A DNA stretch of 64,000 nt. It comes from Candidatus Hydrogenedentota bacterium. GTDB taxonomy: Bacteria; Hydrogenedentota; Hydrogenedentia; Hydrogenedentales; SLHB01. Below the pieces are notes generated by a model. That model was given only the letters and a program-made list of their open reading frames with translations, was not told the origin of the DNA and searched no databases. Positions 39,647-50,028 of this stretch are shown here, piece by piece; the stretch's first letter is position 1; each line of letters starts with the position of its first letter. The translations under genes were made by a program, and so were the position numbers. The DNA is taken from contig BTVY01000010.1 of assembly GCA_045863335.1 (NCBI GenBank), positions 14,255 to 78,254 of the forward strand. Direction: 5' to 3'.

Positions 39647-41046
39647 TCCCGGTCAAAATGCGCGCAAGTTTTTCGCTCTTCCTGACAATTACCGCTCTTT
39701 CCTTCATCGTCGCCGTTGACTCCAGCGCGGATGACCGCGTCCGGCCGTATGAGGCCGATCCCCAGTACTGGCAGTACAAGGGCGAGCCCGTGCTCCTGCT
39801 CGGGGGCAGCAAGACGGACCACATTTTTCTGCTTGACGATCTGGAGAGTCACCTCGACGAGATTGTCGCGGCCGGCGGGAACTATGTGCGTTGCACGATG
39901 AGCCAACGTGAAGGCGCCGCGCTAAAGCCGCACCGGCTGTTGCCGGACAACACGTTTGATCTCGACCAGTGGAACGACGACTACTGGAACCGCTTCGACC
40001 GGTGCCTTGAACTATGCGCGGCGCGCAACATCATTGTGCAGATCGAGCTGTGGGATCGCTTCGACTATTCGCAGAAGGAATGGGCGGCGAGCGCGTGGCG
40101 TCCCGCCAACAACGTGAACTACACCGGCGAGGAAACGGGATTCGCCGACGCCTATCCCGAGCCGGCCCATCGCGACAAGCAACCCTTCTTCTTTACCGTT
40201 CCCGGCATACCCCAATACAACAAGCGATACGCGCGCATTCTCTCCTATCAGGAAGCCTTCGCGGAAAAGGTTTTGCAGCACGCGCTGCCGCACGGCAACG
40301 TGCTCTATTGCATCAGCAACGAAGGATCGGCCCCGGCGGAGTGGAGCGCGCATTGGGCGCAACTCATCCATGACCGCGCGCGGCAGGCGGGCGTCTCCGC
40401 GTTCGTCACGGAAATGCTCGACGGCGCGCGCCTGGAACCCGTCGTGAGCCGTCCGGACCTGTACACCTTTGTCGAAGGGTCAAAAGTGCTTGGGCCTCGA
40501 CGTCAAGCCTGGGCGCCGAAAGGCGAAGGTCAATGGCAGATGACCCTCGACACTTTCGCGGCGATGGGCGATGCGAAGCGGCCTATCAACGCGGTGAAAA
40601 TCATCACGAACGAAGACGCGGAACAGGACGTCTACTCACGGCAGAAACTCTGGCGCGGGCTCATGGCGGGGATGGCTGCCATTCGATTCCATCGTGCGCC
40701 CGCAGGGTCTGCCCTCAACGACAGTGCCAAAGCATGCATTCGCGCCGCGCGGCTGGTCGAAGCGCAGGTAAAATTCTGGGAACTCGCGCCGCGCCTCGAT
40801 CTGCTTTCAGATCGTGACGTGGACGAAGCATACCTGCGCGCGACACCGGGACACGGCTATGTGATGTACTTTCCCAACGGAGGCGAGGTGACGATTGATC
40901 TCTCACGGGAACGGGAAACCCTCTCTGGCTACTGGATTGAAGTCGGAGCGGGCGAACAACGCGAAGTGTTCGCTGTCGACGGGGGCGCGCCAGTATCGAT
41001 TGCAGCACCCGGAAAGGCAGATTGGGCCCTCGTACTTACACCTTAG
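39643..41046 (+). CDS. Exported putative glycoside hydrolase (TIM-barrel, GH5/apiosidase-like) with C-terminal beta domain
   Basis: Signal peptide; YWQYKGEPVLLLGGS, GNYVR, IVQIELWD, NVLYCISNE (NE acid/base-like). Confidence 0.6.
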   Translation: MIPVKMRASFSLFLTITALSFIVAVDSSADDRVRPYEADPQYWQYKGEPVLLLGGSKTDHIFLLDDLESHLDEIVAAGGNYVRCTMSQREGAALKPHRLLPDNTFDLDQWNDDYWNRFDRCLELCAARNIIVQIELWDRFDYSQKEWAASAWRPANNVNYTGEETGFADAYPEPAHRDKQPFFFTVPGIPQYNKRYARILSYQEAFAEKVLQHALPHGNVLYCISNEGSAPAEWSAHWAQLIHDRARQAGVSAFVTEMLDGARLEPVVSRPDLYTFVEGSKVLGPRRQAWAPKGEGQWQMTLDTFAAMGDAKRPINAVKIITNEDAEQDVYSRQKLWRGLMAGMAAIRFHRAPAGSALNDSAKACIRAARLVEAQVKFWELAPRLDLLSDRDVDEAYLRATPGHGYVMYFPNGGEVTIDLSRERETLSGYWIEVGAGEQREVFAVDGGAPVSIAAPGKADWALVLTP

Positions 41047-41162
41047 AGGTATCGCGAGCGGCATCGAGTATCAAACCTTGCCGTTCCGGAACTTTGGTCG
41101 CGCATCGGGGATTCCATGCAGTACGCATCGCAATGGCCCGGCATCGATATGAGGGACCTTTC

Positions 41163-41708
41163 ATGCTTACTGCGCACGTGCCTGCAGGCTATATCCTATC
41201 CAGAGCGGCGTTATCATCAGGCCTGCTGCCCGCGACCCTGTCGCCTCGACTCGTCATAGCATCCGGGGTGTTCGCTGCAATCCTGCCCGACCTCGATATG
41301 ATCTACTTCTACACCATCGACGCGCGCCAACACCTGCACCACAGCTATTGGACGCACATCCCATTGTTTTGGGTGGGCGTCTGCCTTGTCGTCGTTGCCG
41401 TGCTATATGCAATCCGGCAGGCAAAGTATGCGCCCCTGGTGGTTCTTGCTGCCGCAAACCTTCTCGTTCACTGCTTCCTGGATACGGTTGTTGCCGGCAT
41501 CCTTTGGCACAAACCGTTTCTTCACAAATATACGGTGTTCGTAGAAGTTCCGAACGTATATCCCTACACGTTTATGAACTTTGTGCTGCACTGGACCTTT
41601 ATATTCGAAGTGCTCATCTGGATCGTGGCGCTCGGATTGTTCCTCGGCGGCAGCCGCGGATTCTTGCGGCGACGCACGCCAACGTCCAGTCTCCCTGAAA
41701 TGGGTTGA
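41163..41708 (+). CDS. Membrane-bound metal-dependent hydrolase (YdjM-like)
   Basis: AHVPAGY, LPDLD, HHSYWTH, HCFLD; GAGGG RBS before ATG 41163. Confidence 0.82.
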   Translation: MLTAHVPAGYILSRAALSSGLLPATLSPRLVIASGVFAAILPDLDMIYFYTIDARQHLHHSYWTHIPLFWVGVCLVVVAVLYAIRQAKYAPLVVLAAANLLVHCFLDTVVAGILWHKPFLHKYTVFVEVPNVYPYTFMNFVLHWTFIFEVLIWIVALGLFLGGSRGFLRRRTPTSSLPEMG

Positions 41709-41709
41709 A

Positions 41710-42453
41710 TCACCCCTTCCGCGCGGTGATGAAATCGAAATGGTCGACAAATTCCAGCACCTCCACGTCCGCATACCGGGCTTCCATTTCGCCCAGACCA
41801 GCCGCCAATTCCTCTGGCGAGAACGACGACAGAAGTGTCATGTACTGGGACTCGACCATGGCGAAATACTTGACCTTTGGGATGGCGTGCGGGTATTCGA
41901 GACAGTCGTGCTCCACTTGGAAACCCGCGTCGCGCAAGAGTTCCTGCAATTCGTCGGGGCAGGCGTGCCAGTTCAAGGCTCGTTCCAGCGCCGCATCGAA
42001 CAAGGGATACCGGATCGTCGGCGGTACGTGCACCAGAAGAAACGCGCCGCCCTTCGGAAGGTTCGCGTAAATGTTCGCGAAGAGCTGCGCCTTGTCGTCC
42101 ACGTGGTGCACGGCTTCCTTCATGAACGCTTTCGTGTATCCGTTGTGGTTTGCCGAGTACGCAAGCGCGTCCATGCAGATGGGCGTCAACCCACAACCTT
42201 CCGGGATCGCAGCGAGCATTTCGGCGAAGGGGTCCACTGCTTGAACGGGTTGCTTCAATGAAACCTGCTTCAGGATGTCGACGGAGTACATGCCGGTGCC
42301 GCAAGCGAGGTCCAGCAGGACATCATCCGGCTGGAGTTCGAGTTTCTCGACCATCTTGGACGTCAATGCGCGCACGAATTCTGGCGAATAGTACAGGAAA
42401 TCGTCGTACTTGTCCGCGATCCGCGTGTAATGTTCACGCAACAGTTCACTCAT
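41710..42453 (-). CDS. Class I SAM-dependent methyltransferase, last gene of the ect-ehu cluster
   Basis: LLDLACGTG motif I, AVDPFAEML, KEAVHH, LPKGG; GGGAGG RBS, 26 bp after ehuA stop. Confidence 0.88.
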   Translation of the reverse strand: MSELLREHYTRIADKYDDFLYYSPEFVRALTSKMVEKLELQPDDVLLDLACGTGMYSVDILKQVSLKQPVQAVDPFAEMLAAIPEGCGLTPICMDALAYSANHNGYTKAFMKEAVHHVDDKAQLFANIYANLPKGGAFLLVHVPPTIRYPLFDAALERALNWHACPDELQELLRDAGFQVEHDCLEYPHAIPKVKYFAMVESQYMTLLSSFSPEELAAGLGEMEARYADVEVLEFVDHFDFITARKG

Positions 42454-42479
42454 CTAATCTCCCTCCCTGGCTGCCTGCT

Positions 42480-43256
42480 TCATGCTTCGAGAACCGCCTT
42501 CAAGAATTCTCGGGTCCGTTCTTCGGACGGTTCAGTGAAGATGTGATCGGGCGTGCCTTCTTCAACGATATTTCCGTGGTCGATGAAGACCACACGATCG
42601 GAGATCTCCTGCGCAAACCGCATCTCGTGGGTAACGAGGATCATCGTCGTGTCGTCCTGATGGGCCAGGTCGCGAAGCACTGTCAACACTTCGCCAACCA
42701 GCTCCGGGTCGAGGGCCGAAGTGACCTCGTCGAACAACATCACCGCCGGTTGCAGGGCCAGCGCGCGGGCAATCGCAACGCGCTGCTTCTGGCCTCCGGA
42801 CAGTTGCCCGGGATAGACGTCGACTTTGTCGGCGAGACCCACCTTGTCCAGGAGTTGCCGGGCGCGCTCTTCCGCTTCTGCCCTGGGCGTCTTTAAGACG
42901 TGCCGCGGCGCGACGGTGACGTTGTGGAGCACGGTCATATGGGGAAACAGGTTGAAGTGTTGAAAGACCATGCCCACCTTGCCCCGAACGTGACGAACGT
43001 GTTTGCGATTGGCAGGGACTGTCTTGCCGTTCTTCCGCATGTGCCACATCGAGTCGCCGTCGATTTCAATTTCGCCTGAGGTCGGTTTCTCCAGGGTCAT
43101 GATCAATCGCAATAAGGTCGATTTTCCCGAACCGCTCGGGCCTATGATGGATACCTTCTCTTTAGGCGCTACATCGAGATTCAGACCACGAATCACATGA
43201 ACGTCACCATAGGATTTGACGATATTCTTGAGGCGGACGATCGGTTGCTCGCTCAT
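42480..43256 (-). CDS. ehuA: Ectoine/hydroxyectoine ABC transporter ATP-binding protein
   Basis: [49 protein letters not shown]; cluster context. Confidence 0.9.
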   Translation of the reverse strand: MSEQPIVRLKNIVKSYGDVHVIRGLNLDVAPKEKVSIIGPSGSGKSTLLRLIMTLEKPTSGEIEIDGDSMWHMRKNGKTVPANRKHVRHVRGKVGMVFQHFNLFPHMTVLHNVTVAPRHVLKTPRAEAEERARQLLDKVGLADKVDVYPGQLSGGQKQRVAIARALALQPAVMLFDEVTSALDPELVGEVLTVLRDLAHQDDTTMILVTHEMRFAQEISDRVVFIDHGNIVEEGTPDHIFTEPSEERTREFLKAVLEA

Positions 43257-43918
43257 GGGCGCGCTCCGTGGACGTGCAGCTTGCGTTCACTCCACCGGAT
43301 GAATGAAGCCGCCAGCAAGCTGCACACGAGGAAGAAGATCCCCGCCATCGTGAGGGGTTCCAGATAGCGGAAGGTCTCGGAGCCGATGATCTTGGATGAT
43401 TGCAGCAATTCAAGCACGGTGATCGCGGAGAGCATGGGCGTATCCTTGAACATGGCGACGAAATAGTTGCCGAGGGCCGGGATAATCGGCGGAATCGCCT
43501 GGGGCAGGATCACCTTGAACCACGTCTGACGCCGATTCAGGTTAAGCGCAGTAGCCGCTTCCCATTGACCCCGGTCGACGCCCTCGATGCCCGCTCGATA
43601 GACCTCTGACATGAACCCGCTGTAATGAATGCCGAGCGCGATGATGCCCGTGAGGAGCGGCGTCATGCTGATCCCGAATTCCGGCAAGACATAGAACAGG
43701 AAGTAGATCTGCACGAGCACCGGTGTGCTCCGAATGAATTCCACAATCGAGGCCACGGGCCAACAGATCGTACGGTGCTTGCTCCGGCGCGCCATGGCCC
43801 AGATCAGGCCCAGAACCGCCGCGAGCAGGGTGCCGATGATGGTCGCTTTCACGGTGACCACCAAACCGCGCAGCAGCTCGGGCATGATCTCCCAGGCAAA
43901 TTGCCAGTCGAAGTTCAA
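43253..43918 (-). CDS. ehuD: Ectoine/hydroxyectoine ABC transporter permease
   Basis: [44 protein letters not shown]; TTG start overlaps ehuC stop, GGAGG RBS. Confidence 0.9.
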   Translation of the reverse strand: MNFDWQFAWEIMPELLRGLVVTVKATIIGTLLAAVLGLIWAMARRSKHRTICWPVASIVEFIRSTPVLVQIYFLFYVLPEFGISMTPLLTGIIALGIHYSGFMSEVYRAGIEGVDRGQWEAATALNLNRRQTWFKVILPQAIPPIIPALGNYFVAMFKDTPMLSAITVLELLQSSKIIGSETFRYLEPLTMAGIFFLVCSLLAASFIRWSERKLHVHGARP

Positions 43919-44583
43919 TGGGATACCTCCAATTGCCGACCTCGTGTGAGGCGCCGTTCCAGCATGCGCACGAAGAACGTGAGGACGAGCGCAATGACGA
44001 AGTACATTACGAGCAGAAGTCCGAAGACTTCCGTGGTTCGCAAGGTTTCCGCGCGGAGCAATTGGCCGCGGAAGGTCAGATCGCTCAGCGTGATCAGCGA
44101 GACCAGCGCGGTGCTCTTCAACAACTCGATGAGCAGATTCCCCGCCGGTGGCAACATGGCGATGGCCGCCTGCGGCACGGTCACCAGCCACAAACTTTGC
44201 AACGGCGACAAGTTCAGCGCGGTGGATGCTTCGTGCTGTCCTTTGGGCACCGCCTGAATGGCGCCGCGCACGACCTCGCCGCCGTAGCTGCCGATATTGA
44301 GGCCGAGCACGAGGATCCCTGTCGTCATGGCGGAAAGGCTGACGCCAATGAGCGGCAGCGCGAAATAGAACCAGTACAACTGGACCAGCGCGGAGGTCCC
44401 GCGGAACGTTTCAATATACGCAATCGACATCCAGCGGATCGGCAACACTTTGCTGAGCCGGCCCAGACCCGACAGCCACGCCGCGACAAAGGCAACGCAA
44501 GCACCCCCCGCCGTAAGCCCCAGAGTGACCCAGAGTCCGCCCAGCAACGAAGGCAGTAAATCAAGTGGCGGCGGCACGTCCAC
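43915..44583 (-). CDS. ehuC: Ectoine/hydroxyectoine ABC transporter permease
   Basis: YIETFRGTSALVQL, GSYGGEVVRGAI, NLLIELLKSTALVSLITL. Confidence 0.9.
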   Translation of the reverse strand: MDVPPPLDLLPSLLGGLWVTLGLTAGGACVAFVAAWLSGLGRLSKVLPIRWMSIAYIETFRGTSALVQLYWFYFALPLIGVSLSAMTTGILVLGLNIGSYGGEVVRGAIQAVPKGQHEASTALNLSPLQSLWLVTVPQAAIAMLPPAGNLLIELLKSTALVSLITLSDLTFRGQLLRAETLRTTEVFGLLLVMYFVIALVLTFFVRMLERRLTRGRQLEVSH

Positions 44584-44595
44584 AACCTCCCCCCG

Positions 44596-44778
44596 CCGTC
44601 ATCCTCGCGTAAGCGGGGACCCATCTTTGGTCTACCTCAAGCGCCGCATATTGAGTCCCACACCCGTGACGAACCCACACCGTCATCCCCGCGAAGGCGG
44701 GGATCCATCTTCGTGGCACGTCCCAAGCACTTGGCGATGCGAAGATGGATCCCCGCCTTCGCGGGGATGACGGTGTGG
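44596..44778. repeat. CGTC-type REP cluster (three copies) between ehuB and ehuC
   Basis: CGTCATCCTCGCGTAAGCGGGGACCCAT plus long perfect inverted pair CCACACCGTCATCCCCGCGAAGGCGGGGATCCATCTTCG / CGAAGATGGATCCCCGCCTTCGCGGGGATGACGGTGTGG. Confidence 0.85.
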
Positions 44779-44790
44779 AGCGGGACATTG

Positions 44791-45705
44791 TCATGAGCCG
44801 CCGCCTACGCCACCGCAGAGTTCCTCGGCCGTCACATCGCCGGGCAACTCACTCTCTGTGAAGCCGAAAGGTTGGACCGTCTGCAAGTGATCTGGCGTGC
44901 CGATGTAGTCGCCCAGCGCTTCGTTAAACGCTTCACGAAACGCGGCGTCGTCATTGCGGAATCCGAAGGCGCCATATCCACGTATGGTCTCGCCTTCGAT
45001 GACCGGATCGGTGAAAGGCTCCGCGCGCTCCAGCTTTCCATTGCCGGACTTGCTCATGAGATCCTGAATCGTGAGGCTCGTGCCCGCGTAGGCGTCGACC
45101 CGTCCCGCGACCACACCGGCAAGCGCGCTCGGCGGATCGGGAAACACGATGACGCGGTCGTCGGGTATTCCGGTGGATCGCGCGTAGCCCCGCTCCACGG
45201 TTCCTGCCACCACGCCGAGCGTTGCGGACTCGTGCTGCGCGATGTCCTCGTAGCTGTGCAGAGCGAGCGGGTTGCCCGCCTTTACGACAAAGGCCTCGCC
45301 AATCGTATAGCTCGGGTTGGAGAACGCGATCTGCTCGCAACGCTCCGGCGTGATGTACATCCCCGCCGCGATTACATCGAATCGCTTCGCTTTCAAGCCC
45401 GGGATCAGCGAGCCGAACTCCGTCAGCACGCCTTCCACCTCGTTCACGCCCATGCCGCTCATGACGGCGCGCAATACCTCCGGCGCTTCGCCGGTCAGTT
45501 TTCCCGTAGACGAATCAACGTACGCGTAGGGTGCTTCGTTCGCATAGCCCACGCGGATCGTGCCGGTCCGTTGGATCCGGTCCAGCGTCGACTCATCAGG
45601 ATTAGACGGTGCGGAGCCCGAGCCGCCGCAGGACGGCAAGATCGCGCCAATCAGAAAAGCGGCGGCTACCGCGCGCGACAGCCGCCGGATGATGCGTTGT
45701 GACAT
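44791..45705 (-). CDS. ehuB: Ectoine/hydroxyectoine ABC transporter substrate-binding lipoprotein
   Basis: Lipobox LPSC; GYANEAPYAY, TGEAPE, EFGSLIPGL, AAGMYITPERC, GYGAFGF. Confidence 0.92.
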   Translation of the reverse strand: MSQRIIRRLSRAVAAAFLIGAILPSCGGSGSAPSNPDESTLDRIQRTGTIRVGYANEAPYAYVDSSTGKLTGEAPEVLRAVMSGMGVNEVEGVLTEFGSLIPGLKAKRFDVIAAGMYITPERCEQIAFSNPSYTIGEAFVVKAGNPLALHSYEDIAQHESATLGVVAGTVERGYARSTGIPDDRVIVFPDPPSALAGVVAGRVDAYAGTSLTIQDLMSKSGNGKLERAEPFTDPVIEGETIRGYGAFGFRNDDAAFREAFNEALGDYIGTPDHLQTVQPFGFTESELPGDVTAEELCGGVGGGS

Positions 45706-45738
45706 CGTGTGAATCTCCGGGGCACGTCGCCCCACATA

Positions 45739-46671
45739 TCAAGCTTGAATCGCTTCCATGTTGGCGACCAGCGAGCCGCTGTCCACCGGGGTGATGGGTG
45801 AGAAATCGTGGGACGCGACGAATTCCGGACGCGGCTTGTCGGCCTGAAAGGGATCAACGAGCGCGTTGGAGACCGCGTTGTACACGAGAAACACGTTGCT
45901 GCGCGGATACGGCGAAATGTTGCTGTTCGACCCATGCATGACGTTGCACTCAAACAACAGCACCGAACCGGCCCCACCCTTCGGGGCTACGATACCGCCG
46001 CGCTCGGCGAGCGTGGTCAAACTCGTGTGGTCCGGCACGCCGTATTCTTGCTTGCGCAAGGAATCTTTGTAATGATCCTTCGGAGTCCGCCCCGCACAGG
46101 ACACGAAGTACTTGTGCGATCCCGGAATCACCATGAGCGGACCGTTATGTTCGTTGTTTTCCGTGAGCGCGATGGAGCAACTGACAGCGCGCATGCGCGG
46201 CATACCGTCTTCCGCGTGCCAGGTCTCGAAATCGGAGTGCCAGTAGAACTCCTTGCCCTTGAAACCCGGCTTGTAGTTGATGCGGGACTGATGGATGTAG
46301 AGATCGTCGTCCAACAACTGGCGGATCATGTCCACGAGGCGGCTGTCGCGCGAAAGCATCCAGAAGAGGTGGCTCAAGCGGGTCACGTCGAACACTGAAC
46401 GCACGTCTTTGCTGGTGGGTTCGATGATCGTGCACCCCTTCTCGGCGACTTCCTCCGACTGGCGAAGCGCGTGCACTTCCTTCTGCATCGCGTCTACTTC
46501 GTCGCCTGCGAAAAAGTTCTCGAGAAAAAGGAACCCGTCCCGGTCGTATTGTTCAAGTTGCGGCCGGGTGAGTGGCCCCAAGGCGGAACCGTTGTGACTG
46601 TAGACAACCGGATCCCGGCGCTCCATGAGCGAGAATTCATCGGTTGTGCGGGTTGGGTAGATATCCTGCAT
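45739..46671 (-). CDS. ectD: Ectoine hydroxylase
   Basis: EctD signature FYWHSDFETWHAEDGMP; HQSRIN, MHGS, PRSN. Confidence 0.97.
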   Translation of the reverse strand: MQDIYPTRTTDEFSLMERRDPVVYSHNGSALGPLTRPQLEQYDRDGFLFLENFFAGDEVDAMQKEVHALRQSEEVAEKGCTIIEPTSKDVRSVFDVTRLSHLFWMLSRDSRLVDMIRQLLDDDLYIHQSRINYKPGFKGKEFYWHSDFETWHAEDGMPRMRAVSCSIALTENNEHNGPLMVIPGSHKYFVSCAGRTPKDHYKDSLRKQEYGVPDHTSLTTLAERGGIVAPKGGAGSVLLFECNVMHGSNSNISPYPRSNVFLVYNAVSNALVDPFQADKPRPEFVASHDFSPITPVDSGSLVANMEAIQA

Positions 46672-46683
46672 GGTTCCCTTCCT

Positions 46684-47118
46684 TCAGTGTTCGGTGGCCG
46701 CCAGGGGCTTGGCAGCCACGGAGTCGTTCTCTTCATCCTCAATCAAGGGATAGACGCCTTCGTCGTCGTGTACTTCCTTGCCCGTGCAGGGGGGATTGAA
46801 CACGCACATGAGGCGGAGATTGGTCTTGGCGCGCACGATGTGCTTGTCGTGCTGGTCCAGGGCATACATGGTTCCCGGGACAATGGTGTGCTTGTCCCCG
46901 TTTGCCAGGTCCTCCAGTTCCCCTTCGCCTTCGACGCAGTAGACCGATTCCAGATGGTTCCGGTACCACATGTAGGTTTCTGTGCCTGCGTAGATGATGG
47001 TCTCGTGGAAGGAGAAACCCATGCCATCCTTCCGCAGCAGAAAACGGCGGCTGACCCAGGTCGGTGCGTGGACCTCGCGGTCCGTGCCCTGCAAATCTTT
47101 AGCGGTGCGAACGATCAT
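46684..47118 (-). CDS. ectC: L-ectoine synthase
   Basis: [48 protein letters not shown]. Confidence 0.97.
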   Translation of the reverse strand: MIVRTAKDLQGTDREVHAPTWVSRRFLLRKDGMGFSFHETIIYAGTETYMWYRNHLESVYCVEGEGELEDLANGDKHTIVPGTMYALDQHDKHIVRAKTNLRLMCVFNPPCTGKEVHDDEGVYPLIEDEENDSVAAKPLAATEH

Positions 47119-47119
47119 T

Positions 47120-49038
<1,919 letters not shown>

Positions 49039-49043
49039 ATCGG

Positions 49044-49178
49044 TTATGCCTCGGTTACCGGCTTCGTGGGCACCCGAACGGTCCCCTGACATTCGGGACA
49101 TTTGCCCTTCTTGCCGAGGGCGTCGTCAGGGGCCTTCAGTTTTGCCTCGCAGTGCGGACATTTGATGACAAGTGCCAT
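49044..49178 (-). CDS. Unannotated 44-aa stand-alone zinc-ribbon protein (MJ0042-like CPxC...CPxC)
   Basis: Manually translated MALVIKCPHCEAKLKAPDDALGKKGKCPECQGTVRVPTKPVTEA*; GGGAG RBS; stop 5 bp before ectA ATG. Confidence 0.85.
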   Translation of the reverse strand: MALVIKCPHCEAKLKAPDDALGKKGKCPECQGTVRVPTKPVTEA

Positions 49179-49247
49179 AGGTCAATCGTCTCCCTTCGGT
49201 TGTTCGAGAAATGAGTTATGTGAAGCCCGTACGTCGTGGTCCCCACA

Positions 49248-49652
49248 CTAGAATGACGCAGCGACTTCTCCACCCACCCGGAGCGGCAGACGCGCAAGGT
49301 TGTTTGCGATCTCCGACACCCGTTCAGACTTGGAAACCAAAAGCAAACCTGGTTGCGTGCCGGCCGCAGCCATTTCGGCCGCGTCCCATTCGGTAGCCAA
49401 TACAGCGATAGGGACCTTTCGGTCGAAGTCGCGGACGTTGAGCACAAGCTCAAGACAGTCCACGTTCGACGCGTCGAGGTCGGCGAGGACTGCCTGGTAC
49501 CTCTTCCGGCGCAGGCTGCCAACGGCCTCGGAAATGTCGCGTACGATTTCGGTGACGAGCCCGCACTCGAGAGCGGCCCGCGCTACGATGCCTCGGGGCC
49601 CGTTCGATACGATCAGGTCCTGTCCGGATGCCGTTTGGGTTCTGGGTGTCAT
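49248..49652 (-). CDS. Stand-alone degenerate response-regulator receiver-domain protein
   Basis: Receiver-like pattern EAVGSL...YQAVLADL...DCLELVLNVRDFDRKVPIAVL; lacks the acidic pair after beta1; first gene after the sigma54 promoter. Confidence 0.65.
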   Translation of the reverse strand: MTPRTQTASGQDLIVSNGPRGIVARAALECGLVTEIVRDISEAVGSLRRKRYQAVLADLDASNVDCLELVLNVRDFDRKVPIAVLATEWDAAEMAAAGTQPGLLLVSKSERVSEIANNLARLPLRVGGEVAASF

Positions 49653-49705
49653 ACCCCTGCATACCAGGTTGAAATGGGTTGCTGGTCGTGTGTGGTTAGG
49701 AACTA

Positions 49706-49721
49706 TGCAATACCGATGCCA
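49706..49721 (-). promoter_or_regulatory. sigma54 (RpoN) -24/-12 promoter
   Basis: Minus strand TGGCAT-CGGTA-TTGCA, canonical GG-N10-GC spacing, 53 bp upstream of ATG 49652. Confidence 0.85.
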
Positions 49722-49869
49722 AGTGCGCTCGGAAAACGTCGATACCCCTGGAAACAATGGCTCGTCTCACGTTCCCGAATCGCAGGAGAGTCCGTGGCCG
49801 GTGTGAAACTCGCGGGGACGCAACGGGAATCTGCGCACGATAGGGACAACAGGGCGATATCGACGGAAA

Positions 49870-49892
49870 GTCTGTGCATATTATGCACAGAC
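49870..49892. promoter_or_regulatory. Candidate enhancer (UAS) for the adjacent bEBP
   Basis: Perfect palindrome GTCTGTGCATA-T-TATGCACAGAC ~150 bp upstream of the -24 box. Confidence 0.65.
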
Positions 49893-50006
49893 AAAGACGA
49901 GGGGAGACGAAAGCCGCCCGGGGAATAGCTCACGCCAAGCCAGGTATTACCCCATGCCTAGGGCCGATTGCAGCAGAATGTCCTCCGGAATTCGCTCCTG
50001 GAGAGG

Positions 50007-50023
50007 TGTGCACATTGTGCGCA
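50007..50023. promoter_or_regulatory. Second candidate enhancer site
   Basis: TGTGCA-CATTG-TGCGCA, same TGTGCA-N5-TGCACA geometry as 49873-49889. Confidence 0.5.
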
Positions 50024-50028
50024 ATCCA

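Noticed and set aside
49039-49101. Longer ectA start at 49101
   Set aside because: Overlaps the zinc-ribbon gene, which has a clear motif and RBS
49160-49177. TGGCAC on the minus strand as a second sigma54 promoter
   Set aside because: No TTGC at -12; it is simply the first codons (ATG GCA C..) of the zinc-ribbon gene
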